Shown: positions 23,127 through 35,289 of the stretch, in pieces
Position numbering within the stretch: the stretch's first letter is position 1
Layout: each line of letters starts with the position of its first letter
Assembly: GCA_051294905.1 (NCBI GenBank)
Contig: CM119381.1
Coordinates: forward strand, 19,282,001-19,346,000
Direction: 5' to 3'
Origin: Botryllus schlosseri
Taxonomy: Eukaryota
Length of the DNA: 64,000 nucleotides
The notes under the pieces: model-generated
Database searches by the model: none
Told to the model about the DNA's origin: nothing
The model's input: only the letters and a program-made list of their open reading frames with translations
Made by a program: the position numbers and the translations under genes

Positions 23127-23371
23127 CAGTGGCGAGATAGCGCAGTGGTATAATCCGCGGCTGCAACACCAATGGGTGCGGGTTCGAGTCCGACGGAGGT
23201 TTACCTAGGCTCCTCCTCGCCACCTCATCCGCGTCAGCGGTGTCTTACAAAAGCCTAGAGGTGGGCCGTGCTATAAGTCGGCAGTTACGGAAAATACAAA
23301 AGAATTATCGGCCTGGTGTAAATGACCATAGTAGTCGAGAAACATCATGAATACCCCAAAACAAAGAAACA
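23127..23371 (+). mobile_element. Full-length tRNA-derived SINE
   Basis: Pol III A box TAGCGCAGTGG and B box GGTTCGAGTCC; A-rich tail; 12-bp TSD AACCTTCTACAG (23115-23126, 23372-23383). Confidence 0.9.
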
Positions 23372-25904
23372 AACCTTCTACAGACAGATTACACATCAAT
23401 AACATCACATTAACATTCGCCCTACGTTTTATATTGATGTTGTTTATTATTCGCTCAAAGCTTTTCGAGCTGCCAATCCTGACACATCAGCTGTTATAGT
23501 CAGGTTCAAAACTTTGCTAGCAACAACTGCAAACTCCAATATGACGTCACACAAAATAAAATTTTAAATTTACGAATATGGGCGATATAAAAAATAAACA
23601 CGAATGGTACAAGTCAATAACCATTCTCAAATCCCGCCGTCTGTCGCGACACACTATAATCAAGTTATTGCTTCCAATTTGGCTTTTGGATAACATCTTT
23701 TATCCCATCCAGAATGCGCTAAACATTACAGTAACTGTCAATTTTCCTATTTTCCATTATTCGTTTAAGGTCCTGACATCTATATGCTGCCAACGCCGAT
23801 TCTCTGTCAGCAGAACCAACGCATATTTCCCTTATGTTCCGTGCTGTTGTTTTGGGCGAACGAATATTTACTTGCTAGCATTCGTTGTTAACCGTCACTG
23901 CTGTCCACTAGTTTGTTTTCGTTATTATTATGTCACACAGACGAAATATTTCCGACAATTCGAATTTGAATCACAGTATTACTATAGTATTATTAACTTT
24001 CGCTACTGTTCAGAGGAAAAGTTCTTAGTCAATCCATAATAGCAATATGAAGTTATTGTTTCGCGTAACTTTCAATTGTTAAACGAATACCTTTTGCTGA
24101 CAATTATATGTCGACGTCTAGCGAGAGAATACATATTTTCTCTATTTTGGCATCTCGACTTGCTTGTAGAATTTGTTGTTTTCGTTACGTTGTAACACCG
24201 AGTATTCCTATAGCTTCACATTACTTACGTGGCCTGTGTGTGAAATAATACCAAAGCAAACTGGCTTTCCGGTAAGTCGGGACCTACGTGAGTTTTTTTT
24301 CGTTCAACATCGGTCCAAAGTAATCAGATTACTTTCTGTGGGCTATTCAATGTAAATCTGTGGCCGAGGTGCAGTAGCATTGTACTGTAAAATTAGTGAT
24401 CGGAGCACGCAACTGGGTCGATTGCAACCAGCGGAAGATCCAATGTGTCCAGGCCGAAGTACCGACGCAGTGCTGGCAAATTGGTTGCGTTTGATAGCCT
24501 ATATTGGCAAGCATTTTAACAGTTTACCATATGGGGCAAATAGTCGACGTATATGTATCTTTATCCGTGTCCATTAATTAAGCACAGATTATATTCTCAC
24601 TGCAAGGTCTGAAGCTACGACTCAACATCGCGCGTCATGTCGACCTTATTTATTCCACGTTTGAAGTTTTCTCGTAGGCGTAGAAGTTGATTTCGATCTA
24701 TTATGCAATGTGACAGTGAACTGATTTAGATGGTAAAATATATCTTGCCAAGTTATCGTCAATGTCCTTTGTGATTGGTGCATGAAACCTCAACGGCGAT
24801 ACTCATACGTAAATGCTTTTTGATATAACAATTATAATAGCTAAATAGCAAAAAGGTTATTTAAAATGTGGATATATATTCGCGATTGAATACATGTAGG
24901 CTTCCACACTAGCCAAGATTACTAGCAATGACCTCCGTCCACAACCACACCACATACTGGATTCTCGAGTGTCATCAACAGTGCCGTTTGGTACCGATTA
25001 TATTGATTTTCGAGTGACGTACAGATTTAAATACCAGCTATCATAGAGACTCGTATAGTGTAATTTATCTGTTATATTCACTTAAAGCGTAGGTCCGCCT
25101 AATAAAACATTCCCCTGTTGTCAGTAAGCTAGTTCTCAATTTCTTTTAGGAGAATAAATGCCAATTCTCTTCAGCATAAGTCTGTCGACTGTATTTATAG
25201 CCAAACCCTACCGTCATATACCGCCAACAATGTGGGTATACATGTCGATCAAATTGAAAAGAATGTTGGATTTATTCAGCACTCGTGTATAGTAAGGGAG
25301 GTGTAGCATGTGGTTTAGCAGAGTCGGTGTAGTTCACGTTTCAAGTTTTTTCAGACGATATCGAAATGGTAGAAAGGACTCTACAATAAGCTCAATCAGG
25401 GTTTTACAGAATTACATAAATATAGTTGTCAGCGTGACATACGAATTCAAGGTATCAATATATTGGATACAACATACAAGATTGTAATCCAGTGACTATT
25501 CAAACAGCTACAATCTACGATGGAGGTCGATACAGTTTAAGTCTACAGTGCAAGTCTTGTATATTGCTATGAAGGAGTACCTAATATCGATACCCTTAAC
25601 GATATCCAGATTCTCATACTGACCTGCACTAATTTGGCTGAAAATCGGTATATATTTCAAAAGTAAACGTCACTGAACTACGTATCTTCCACAAGTCATT
25701 ATTTGCAAACGGAATGCGAAGAACAATATTAGGTAATTTGGTCACTAGTAATATCACAGCACACTATGGTAATATCAATAATAGAGAATATTTGGAAACA
25801 TTTCTAGTCCACTTGGACGTGCTCATAGTAAATTATTTATCCGACGAACAACGCAGGTAACAATAGTCTCGGTAGATTTGTGAACACTGTGCGGATTTTT
25901 CAAG

Positions 25905-28900
25905 GATGGAATTCCAAGCATTGAATGACATGCCTAAAACGATAGATGAAATTTTCGGAAGATTCAATAAGCGTGCAGAGCTGATATTGAGTAAATACGA
26001 CAAGTAGGTACCTTTTCCATTCAATTTAAGCAGGTTGTAATACTGCCCTGCTAAATGGCATGTAGCAGATATCGATAAAGCAAATCGTAAAATTTTAGAG
26101 GGTTCGCAGAGCTTGAAGATGAATTGAAACTATCAGCGCAACTCAAGATAATTCAGCAAAGGAAAGAAAAGTTAGAAAACGAACTGAATTTTATTAACGA
26201 TCCTAAATGTGGAGACACACCAGCGGATTCAACTCGGACAGAAATCGCAACAGTTAATAAATTACCGGACGAAAGCTTATGCGAACCAGACGACGCCAAT
26301 GAAGAACTGAAAGACAGCGTGTCGGAGAAAGAACTCTTGAGAGCGCAACATGAGAAATTGCACAAGGTATGTTCATTGTTCAAGTCATTTGCTTCATCCC
26401 ATTGAAACCATTAACAGAAAGAGATGTTGGTTCTCTGTAGTAAAAGCGAATTACACGTTGGATATTTTAGTTGTATTAATATTATTATGTTTATTGAAAT
26501 GAAAAGACGCATGGGGTGCCACTGGTGCGTAGATGCAGTGTCCTCGGGATTATTATAAAGGCGTACACACCTTACTTACAGAATCAGAATGGAAATAGTC
26601 CACCAGATGAAAAAAAAGATGCTGCAAATGAACTGCGCCGAAAGCTACAGCTCAGCATACAGCTGGCTGCAAAATACAAGGAACAAGTCATAAATTTAGA
26701 GAACAATCTTAATCGAACTGCAAGGTGGAATGAATTGCGATTCGGAGGCTGTTTTTTGGGCGCTGATTGCGACGAATTATTTTCAGGTCGGAGCACAGCC
26801 TCCGTCTGTACCTCTATGAGGCAGCTCAGAAAGAAGAGGAAGCGAAAAAACGACTAGAATCGTTTATCACCGGCTTGCTAGATAGAGCAGAGAATGCTGA
26901 AGAGAAAGTAAAGGTACGATGGCTGCGGGTGTGTGCTAGGGATGGTGTGAACGTGAGGTTCACGTTCGCGTTCTGTGTGTGAACCTCGGAAATTTAGAGG
27001 TTCGCGTTCACAACAGAACCTTGGTAGGTTCTGCACTGTGAACCTTTTTCATATATTGCAATTTTCACTTCATTATAACATCATTGGTTCAAATTTATTG
27101 CATTTTAACTGCGGGCCACTCCATGCAGCATGGCGCTGGCAGCATTCAAAATCAACACTAAACGAGCATGCACCTTGACAATCTCAAATGTTTTACTTGC
27201 TTTGTTACAAAAGTTTGCTCGAATTATCCAGTGACTCTCTGCTGTAAGCTTGACGCGCAATCACACAACATCACGAGCGAAATACGTAGTCAGCGAAGGA
27301 TGCTTATTCAACCAATCAATAAGATTGATATCGTTTTCTGATGTAAAAATTCGAGAAGCGTATGGGGTCACTCTGGACTTCATATCTTTACTGCATCATT
27401 AAAACCAAATCTGTGCGATTGAGGAGTTGGCTACTGTTGTATAACTTCTTGATGAGGTAATATCGGTAGCAAATATAGAAACCCATTTTACACTCTGATC
27501 AATATCAATTTAGCAATACTCAGACACCGAATACATTGTCCGGTCTGGCCTAGACCGATGGGGGTTAAGCGTATATTCCCTGGTAAGTCCTCGTCGAAAT
27601 TGTTGGCAAAGCGACGAAAGATATTGATTTTATGGTAGTATGATATCCTTTGATTGCCTCAGTTGATACACGTTTAAAACGCCAATATGTACTTCAGAAT
27701 TGTTGCATTATGTGGGCCAAGTCGTCGCTAGGTATCGTGTACATAAATATAGGCTATCACTTCATTGAAAGATAGGGTTGGAATTAGTAATATGACGTCA
27801 CGTGACGTCATGAGGTTCACGTTCGTGTTCACACAGAACCTTTTAAAAAGGTTCGCGTTCACACGAACCTGAACCTTTCAGGGGTTCACACCATCCCTAG
27901 TGTGTGCGTTCCGAATTACACCAAGATAGATGCTGCTATAATCTACTCGAAACGAGACAGGATGGCCGATAGAAGTGGTTAGCGACTCAGTGTCAAAGCA
28001 CTTTTTTGCAGTAGTTTATAGCCATTTTTGCAGTAGTTAAGTATAGTACTTGCCCATACCACTTCGTCAAGTGGTTATGTTTTAGACTACTTCAACTTCA
28101 ATACATGAATAGTTTTTAAAAGAAAAAACTACTTACTATCTACATTTCGGATTTTGAAAAGTAGATGGTCAGTTTTCATCACTTTTGCGGGTGAAAGTTT
28201 CATAACAACAACGGGAAAGTGCCTCTGAGAAACTAAAGATATGAATATTCGAAGATTGGACCTATTATTAGTGTCATTAGTGGTTTTGCGTCACTCACGA
28301 ATATACATATGCAATTTCAAATATAGTCACTCCAATTAATGGCTAAAAGCATGCGCCTCCTCGAACAAATATACACTGAGTAGCCTACTTGTTCCGCCTT
28401 TATTCCACTTCTATTCCCACTTGTAATCAAATAGAATTTAAGGACCTTACCTTTACTTCTACTTGAGTATAGCAACACTGACTACGTTGGCCACCGACGA
28501 TGACCTGTCTGGAATTGATAAGCGAAAAGAGCATTTGTCGTCCAAATTTGTGCTTTCGTCTTCTTATCAGTTCAAAACATCTCAAGGTTGCGATGCAATG
28601 AAGTGCCAGTAAAGGCTATATGACTGTCGAATGCATAATTGTAACGTATGTTTTTCACGTTAGATATACAGGACTAAACTCCGTGCGATGAATAGTATCG
28701 TGAATGAGAGTCACCAACAAACAGTACCGCGCGTCGTCAACGTGAAAAGGTAAACATTGAGCAATTCTAATTTCCCCGTCAAGTAATTCTTTCGCGCCGC
28801 GAAAGTTCTCACCATTTTTTCGTATTATTCAGCATGGGATACTCTCAAGATTCTTACACATCCGACACGGTTGCGAACAACAAAGTTAGTAATGTGATGG

Positions 28901-31900
28901 CTGTAAAAGCGCATTGGAAATTAACAGCGATTTTGTTGTTCCGCCAGGATAACCGATCCACGGCACAGAAGCACTCACATTCTCTACCAACGACACCTTT
29001 CATGAGACCACCAAGGTTAGTCATAACTCATAATATCGTAGAAGTGACGAGTCGACTCTCAGAAGCCCTTGCAAGCAGAAGGAGCTGTTGCTATGTATAG
29101 GCTCTCGACAAAGATAGCCTAAAATTCTTCTTCCATGACTAAATACTCCCATTTACTACGTGGAAGTGCTCAAAATATATACCGACTATACTACCATATT
29201 CAGCGTTGGTTTACTCTCTATAAGTATGTAATGCCATAAATTTTACTCAAGTACAGGTAGAGGACATGTCAAAACTACTTCAAGTGGAAGTAGAAAAATG
29301 AAGATATTAAAAGCACTCAACCACTGGCTAAGAAATGAGCCTGAATTTTTAAAATGATCAATTACAAAACGTATGGGTATTATAGGTGTCGTTTTTGCCT
29401 AACCCACATTATTATCTTCCAATCTATTTGTTTTATCGAAATTAGGAAGATGAAAAAGAGTCGTTCGAGAAAACGGGACGATGACTACGTTGCGCAGTTC
29501 TTGGAGCCGCCGAGTAGTCAAGAACTGCCACGAAGATGGAATAAAATGAAGGACAGAAATGTAGATCAATTGCCCGGGGTCGATCTGACAAACATTATCA
29601 GCACGTCTGTTGTTTGGCCTTTTTCTCACAGTCAAGGTGACAAGGTTGGTGTCTTAGTCGATATATATTTTGTCCAGAGATGGTCCCAGTAATAAGCGTA
29701 CAAGTAACGTAATATATTCTATAAATTTCTGCAATATAGCAAGTAGCGTATAGCAGTGGTGATCTTCAAGACGTGTCGAAACTACTTTGAATGGAAGTAG
29801 AGAATGAAAGTCCTTAAAAGTACTCAACTAAGTAGTTTCAAAATGTAGTTTTGGTCGAGGGTTCGCTTACTATATTAGCAGTTAATATTAGCAGGGAGCG
29901 TACTTCAGAATTTTGGAAAATTTATCGTCTCGACTAACACAAAATGGCTACTGACACTATATAAATAGGTACAACCGTCGAATAAATATTTAGGTACCGC
30001 GATACATAGTCTATTTCATGTGGTTTTTATGACAAATGCACTCATAAAATTGATGCAAAAGTATTTAAAAAATCTTCTAATGTGTTAATCCCCAGCTACC
30101 CCAATAGCTATACCTTTCTAAATCCATAGTGCGAAAAGTAAGTAGTTTTGGGACAAAGACAAACGCTACCTGACTCCGTTAGTGGCCATCTCTGATTATA
30201 TCTGGATTGCTTCAAAATTGACCGTCATTTCGCCTACTGCGAAGGCCAATGCTGCTGATATGAGGTGCGCTACACGAAATTGCAGAATTTCAGCAATTAT
30301 AACTTTATTGATTACCAGAAGCGGCCAAAAAATCAGAAGGATGTCGTTATCAGAAGGAGGATCGTCCTATTCTGCGTATTTGCTTACCTCGAGACGGAGC
30401 AACTCCTGACGTGTGCTATGGTGAGCCGGGAATGGAGAGACGTGAGCAAGCATCAAAAGCTGTGGACTCGCATATCCTTCGATTCAAAGCAGTTTTCATC
30501 GAAAGTAACATTTGTTTTTCTACTCTCCCACTCGGGTCTATATTTACTATTACAATTTTCGAGCGACAGTTCCTTGTCAATATGTCCGCTTGGTGCAAAG
30601 AAACGTGCTACCTCAGTCTCAGCAATATCAGCGGTCGGAACAAACGGCAAGGAGAAACGCAAAAAGAATACGAAGACAGCGTGAATGGTTAGTTCGAGAC
30701 GGTTACGTTACGAAGTTATATATCTTAGATTACGCCTGTTTTCATATAACCAAGGAAGCCTCGAAGAAGGAATGGAATACGTATTGCAAGCCTGTGGAAA
30801 TAATTTGATGATATTGTCAGTTACGCAGTGCGATCCTTTTTTGACGAGACGTGTATTGTGGATGGCGAGCTGTTACAACAGGTCAGCATATCCGCATTCT
30901 TTACGACCAGGGGTGGTCATTCTGGTCAACCATTTTGCAATTTACGGCCGCATTTCGATTATTTATGTAACATACGGCACGGCCGCATTCCTGGACATGA
31001 CCGTAATGTACCAAGTGGACGCCAAATACCCATGTTAAACTGCCCATGCCTACTTTCGGCGAACTCCGGACTAATGTACTTTTTGATATCGGCTTACTGT
31101 AGCCTACCCATACGCAAGGAAATCGCGAGCGGTTATGTTATCAATAGTTAGTGGGATACGTCATGATTGCGCGAAGTACGAATATTTTTCAGATTCATAA
31201 ATTAGCTTTGTAATTATTATTAGTACGTTCACATATTGCTATCAAATATTTATCCTTTCTCAGCCCATGTGATCAGATTCGCCGGAAGAGTTGGCAGTGT
31301 TTTCGAAAATTTAGGGCAAGTTGTAAATTATGAATCATCTTCGGGTGGGCAGATCTTTTCTGGTCACTTTGTTACATGCTGTTATTTCTTGATCTCTTAC
31401 CAGGATTGTCGGTATAGTGGAAAAAGATTAAAATCGCGCAATCGTACCTGAAACAAATTTCTTTCGTAAGTGGCAGACGATTCCAAGTTGGTATTTCTGT
31501 ATGGGGTGCATCATTTTACTCTACTGTTTACATCTGTACTGTGGGGGCCAGATTGCAAAGGGCGCTATAAAAATCAAATAGGAAGTGTAGTATCGGATCG
31601 CGCAAAGCGCGATGAAAATTTTAAGGTTAGTTACAATATCTCAAAAAGTTCAGGAGTCAATTCGTAAATTGCCTGTCGACGGCCCCCAACGTGTACTAAT
31701 TAAATTACGTCGCACGGCCGCACAAATTTCCTTCTACTGCCGCAGATTGACCACACCTGTTTACTACGTTTACGTCATCCTAAAACTGGTTATAAGGCTA
31801 TTATAGGCTGGTTACCATGGGAATAATCTCACCATTTCGTATCTATTCGTGGGCCTGTGGGGTGATGTTTTGATAAAAAAAATACGTAGGAAGTCTATTA

Positions 31901-34900
31901 CCAACAGAGTTGGATCAATTACATTATTTCAGTTCAATTACAATTACAATTACAATTACTTTCATGCATGTTTCAATTTCATTACAATTACAATTACTCC
32001 ATGCTAAAAATATCAAATTACAATTACAATTACAATTACTCCCTGCATGCTTCAATTACATTACAATTACAATTACAATTGCTGCTGTTGAACATGTAAT
32101 TGAATAATCATAAATTCAAACGTGCTCCTTGACAACCGTAGCGTCGTATTTAACAACAATTCAAGTCTAGCTCAGATTGTGTAGTAATAAATGCGTTTAT
32201 GTGCGTACATGGTATGCTACGTAAGATGTCATTGTGGCATAATCTAAGCGTGTTTTGTATGCTCGGTAATTATGGCTCACGTAATTGGAAATGTAAAATG
32301 TTATTTACCTAATTTCCTATGGGTTAGGATTAAGCATAGGGTGCAGTATGTCGTTGAAAAAGTATTATAATATATGCACGTGTTTGACTTGCGTATATAG
32401 TATATAATTAAAGAAATAATATTATTTTTATCGAGGGACGTAGGAATTAGGATGAGGAGTAAAAACAAAACCGTGCTTTGTCAGATAAGACGTTATATAA
32501 TATCCAGTGGTCTGGTTAGTTAGCCAGACGAAGTAACGATGCAGCATCGTGATCTGAAATCGTATTGTAGATTGCCAACCCACGGATAGATGCGCAAGAT
32601 GTGAGTCACGGATGAATGCACCGACAAACGTACTGCAGAGCCGGCTAAAAGCAGCAAACTTTGTAGTCCTAGAGCTGACGATCCATGCGTCCAAATTTGA
32701 TGCATCTAGTCTTTATCGTAAGCTATTGATGTACTAATTCCGAAAATACAAAATAAAATCTCGTCAGGGCAATGTAACTGCTCCAAAATAGCCGTTTAAG
32801 GCCGACTGTTCTGAAAAGTGAGAGCGCTGCAGCAGCATGACCACAACAATTACCAATTACGCCCAACGATTGTTCAGAACAATGCCGATTCCCAGACTTT
32901 CACGTCTATTTTGGGTTGGTACCATTGTCTGGAAATATACTTTTATTGCGGAATCAGTGCAACACTAGTTTTCGATTAGGACCATACATATCAAATTTCG
33001 ACACTTGGATCGCCAGCTATGGGACTATCAATTCCGCTGCTTTTAGCAGGCTCAGCAGTTCGCTTCTCGGCGTATTCAATCGTGAGTCACGTGTTGCGAA
33101 TCCATCCGTTGGTTAGTAATCTAAAAATTGTATACAATGGCAGCCGATGCCAGCATAGCGGTAAAAATTTAAAAAAAACTTCGCCAGCAAAGGCGCAGTC
33201 AAGGGCTTCCGCGAATGGATCCACCAAATTCCTTGTCGACATTTAAAGAGAATGTATTATAAGTCAATTATTTTATGTTGTGCTTGTCAGGTCTCATAGC
33301 AATTTAATGTAATTACAATTGTAATTGAGCAAAATTTTTGTCAAATTACAATTACAATTACAATTACACAGAATAAAAATGCTTCAATTACAATTACATT
33401 GAAAAATGTAATTAAATACATTCAATTACAATTACAAATTACAATTGATCCAACTCTGATTACCAAGTGAGTAATTGTTATGGAGATTGGCATTGGGACG
33501 CAACAGTGGTGTCTGACTCTTTTTCTCTCTAGCTACTCTCTCGTTTCGCCAGACAGCATTGTTGCGTCCCAATGCCAATCTCCATATCAATGAAAAATTC
33601 GAGGCTGATTGTGGGAGTTCCAGGGCCACGAGCGGAATAAAATTTATATTTTCGTAATCAGTGGAGAGTCAGCTTTCGATTGATACCCGTTTTATCAAAT
33701 TTAATGCTCGGCAAGTCGGTCAAAAATGACCGTCAAATTGCCTGCAGCCAAATGGAAATTGTGACGTGACACAATTTTACTGAGGCGTGAGATTTGCTTG
33801 CGTCGACACCATATAGGACACAATGGTATTATTGTGAATGTCCTGTATTGAATTAAGCTAAGTTCCCGCCACATTTCTGGAAGCCACGAACATGAATAGT
33901 GGAATAACTATTACCTTTTGACTAAACAACATTACAGAGAACTGAAAAGCATCACTTTTCGAAGTTGTAACCCTATCGACGAAGAAGTCACCTGGTCGCT
34001 GGGATCGGGCTGTCACAAGCTTCTATCGCTGGACATTGCTCCAATGCCAATCAGGTGGAATAGTTTGGTGGTAGGCTACTTCATCCAAATACCTGCTCCT
34101 TTATAGCGATTTTTTTTATTTCAGCAAATGCCCGCAAGTTTTCAACAACCGAGTAATCCAAATGGTATCATGGTGTTGGCCGTCTTTGCGAGGGCTTAGT
34201 ATCGGCGGGAAATGCATCGATAAAAAGGGATTGAATTCCATAGGTAAAATGTATTTGTGTTTTATGGGAACGTAGGTAGATCTACTGGATGCAATGAAAC
34301 TGAACTTGACAAACATTCATAAAATTTTCGTTTTCTTTCCATTCGATTGCTACCCGACGCCCTACCCTTTATTATAAGCAGAAATTTGATGACCACGCTG
34401 CACGGTAAAATATCGGTCGCTCAATACGTCCTTATACTTCGAAGAAGTATTTCACCGCAGATCATAGCTCTGTAGGGTTGGTGTTTTGCAGCCACGAATT
34501 GCCGGCTCTTGCAAGTTCTCGAGCTCACGTACATGAACGAAATCACGGAAAATCTATCGCGGGAGCTAGTAAAGAGTGGATTACGATGTAATGTATTCTT
34601 GCTTAGAGTAAATACTCCCGTATCAACATCCTCACTTTTACAGCGCTTCGTTCTCTTATACTAACACATACACCGATTCGGCCAAGGGCGTTAGGTGTTC
34701 TGTTACGATTGGCGCAAGAAGGGAGTTTGGTCGGCGCTCGAGTGCAGTTATCGTTTTCTGACTATTGTCCAACGGACGGCAATCAACCTGTCATCATCCT
34801 GAATGACAAGCTCGACAGATCAGCCCTGTTCGAAGCCTACAGTGACGTAATGCAAAGCCTAATGGTAAGAGTTTATTATGTGGTCACAAGTCGAACTTCG

Positions 34901-34985
34901 AATCACATTTTTGCCTCTACTTTCACAGAGAATGCAGAAAAAGGAAGCTTATCGCGACGTTTTGGAAATTGTTTTCACGTCCTGA
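25905..34985 (+). CDS. FBXO41: F-box only protein 41-like (coiled coil, F-box, LRR-like C-terminus); 5' end uncertain
   Basis: Phase-consistent GT-AG exons 25905-26003, 26099-26366, 26582-26724, 26787-26913, 28664-28749, 28833-28884, 28948-29015, 29446-29644, 30286-30504, 30570-30687, 30755-30881, 33938-34054, 34125-34243, 34492-34587, 34644-34864, 34929-34985. EAAQKEEEAKKRLESFITGLLDRAENAE, LFCVFAYLETEQLL..VSREWRDV..LWTR, LEEGMEYVLQACGNNL, LWMASCY and CWPSLRGLSIGG match FBXO41 as recalled. The middle low-complexity exons and any upstream exons (e.g. 25808-25856) are less certain. Confidence 0.9.
26937..27899. mobile_element. hAT MITE family A, copy 2 (963 bp, uninterrupted), in an FBXO41 intron
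   Basis: TIRs TAGGGATGGTGTGAAC / GTTCACACCATCCCTA; exact TSD GTGTGTGC; GTGAACC/GGTTCAC subterminal repeats. Confidence 0.95.
27970..29850. repeat. Degenerate fragments of an AAGTAG/CTACTT-rich hAT-like repeat family (also at ~7560-7640 and ~58340-58520)
   Basis: Recurrent blocks CTTACTCAAGTGGTTATG.TTTTAGACTACT and TTCGGATTTTGAAAAGTAGA; TIR-like ACTCAACCACTG at 29315-29326; no matched TSD found. Confidence 0.55.
30908..31759. mobile_element. hAT MITE (852 bp) in an FBXO41 intron
   Basis: TIRs CAGGGGTGGTCATTC / GATTGACCACACCTG; TSD TTTACGAC vs TTTACTAC (7/8). Confidence 0.8.
31905..33458. mobile_element. hAT non-autonomous element (1554 bp) with inward-running (AATTAC)n subterminal arrays
   Basis: TIRs CAGAGTTGGATCAATT / AATTGATCCAACTCTG; exact TSD ATTACCAA; hexamer arrays at ~31915-32105 and ~33300-33450. 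Confidence 0.92.
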
Positions 34986-35289
34986 AAAAGCTTTGTCCAT
35001 TTTTTGGTTGCTGTATGCTGACTTGAAGAACGATACCTTCACAAGAATGTTGCCATTGCCAATACGCACTAAAATGCAATTGTTTAGTCATAAAAGAATA
35101 TATATTCGTGAAAAGATAGATTCGTGAAATCTATCCATCGAAAATTCAAAATCGCGCTCTCAAAGGCAACAGGAGTACCACGATAACAGCATTGACGATT
35201 AGTAGCACTAGTAGACATGATGTTTGATGGTAGAACATGATACGTTAATGGAATTTTCCGTAAAAGACATGTTTTGAATTCAGTTATTG

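Noticed and set aside
23130-23205. tRNA-like sequence with A and B boxes
   Set aside because: It continues into a SINE body with an A-rich tail and a 12-bp TSD, and the body recurs at 16271. It is a SINE head, not a tRNA gene.
23578-24039. 153-aa plus-strand ORF
   Set aside because: No recognisable domain, atypical composition, and no splice or homology support.
24553-24670. MYLYPCPLIKHRLYSH, reminiscent of the FBXO41 N-terminal zinc-finger region
   Set aside because: It stops early, and the similarity needs a frameshift with no usable splice sites. Too weak to include in the model.
31910-32107. ITITIT / LQLQLQ low-complexity ORF
   Set aside because: It is a translation of the (AATTAC)n subterminal array of a hAT element.
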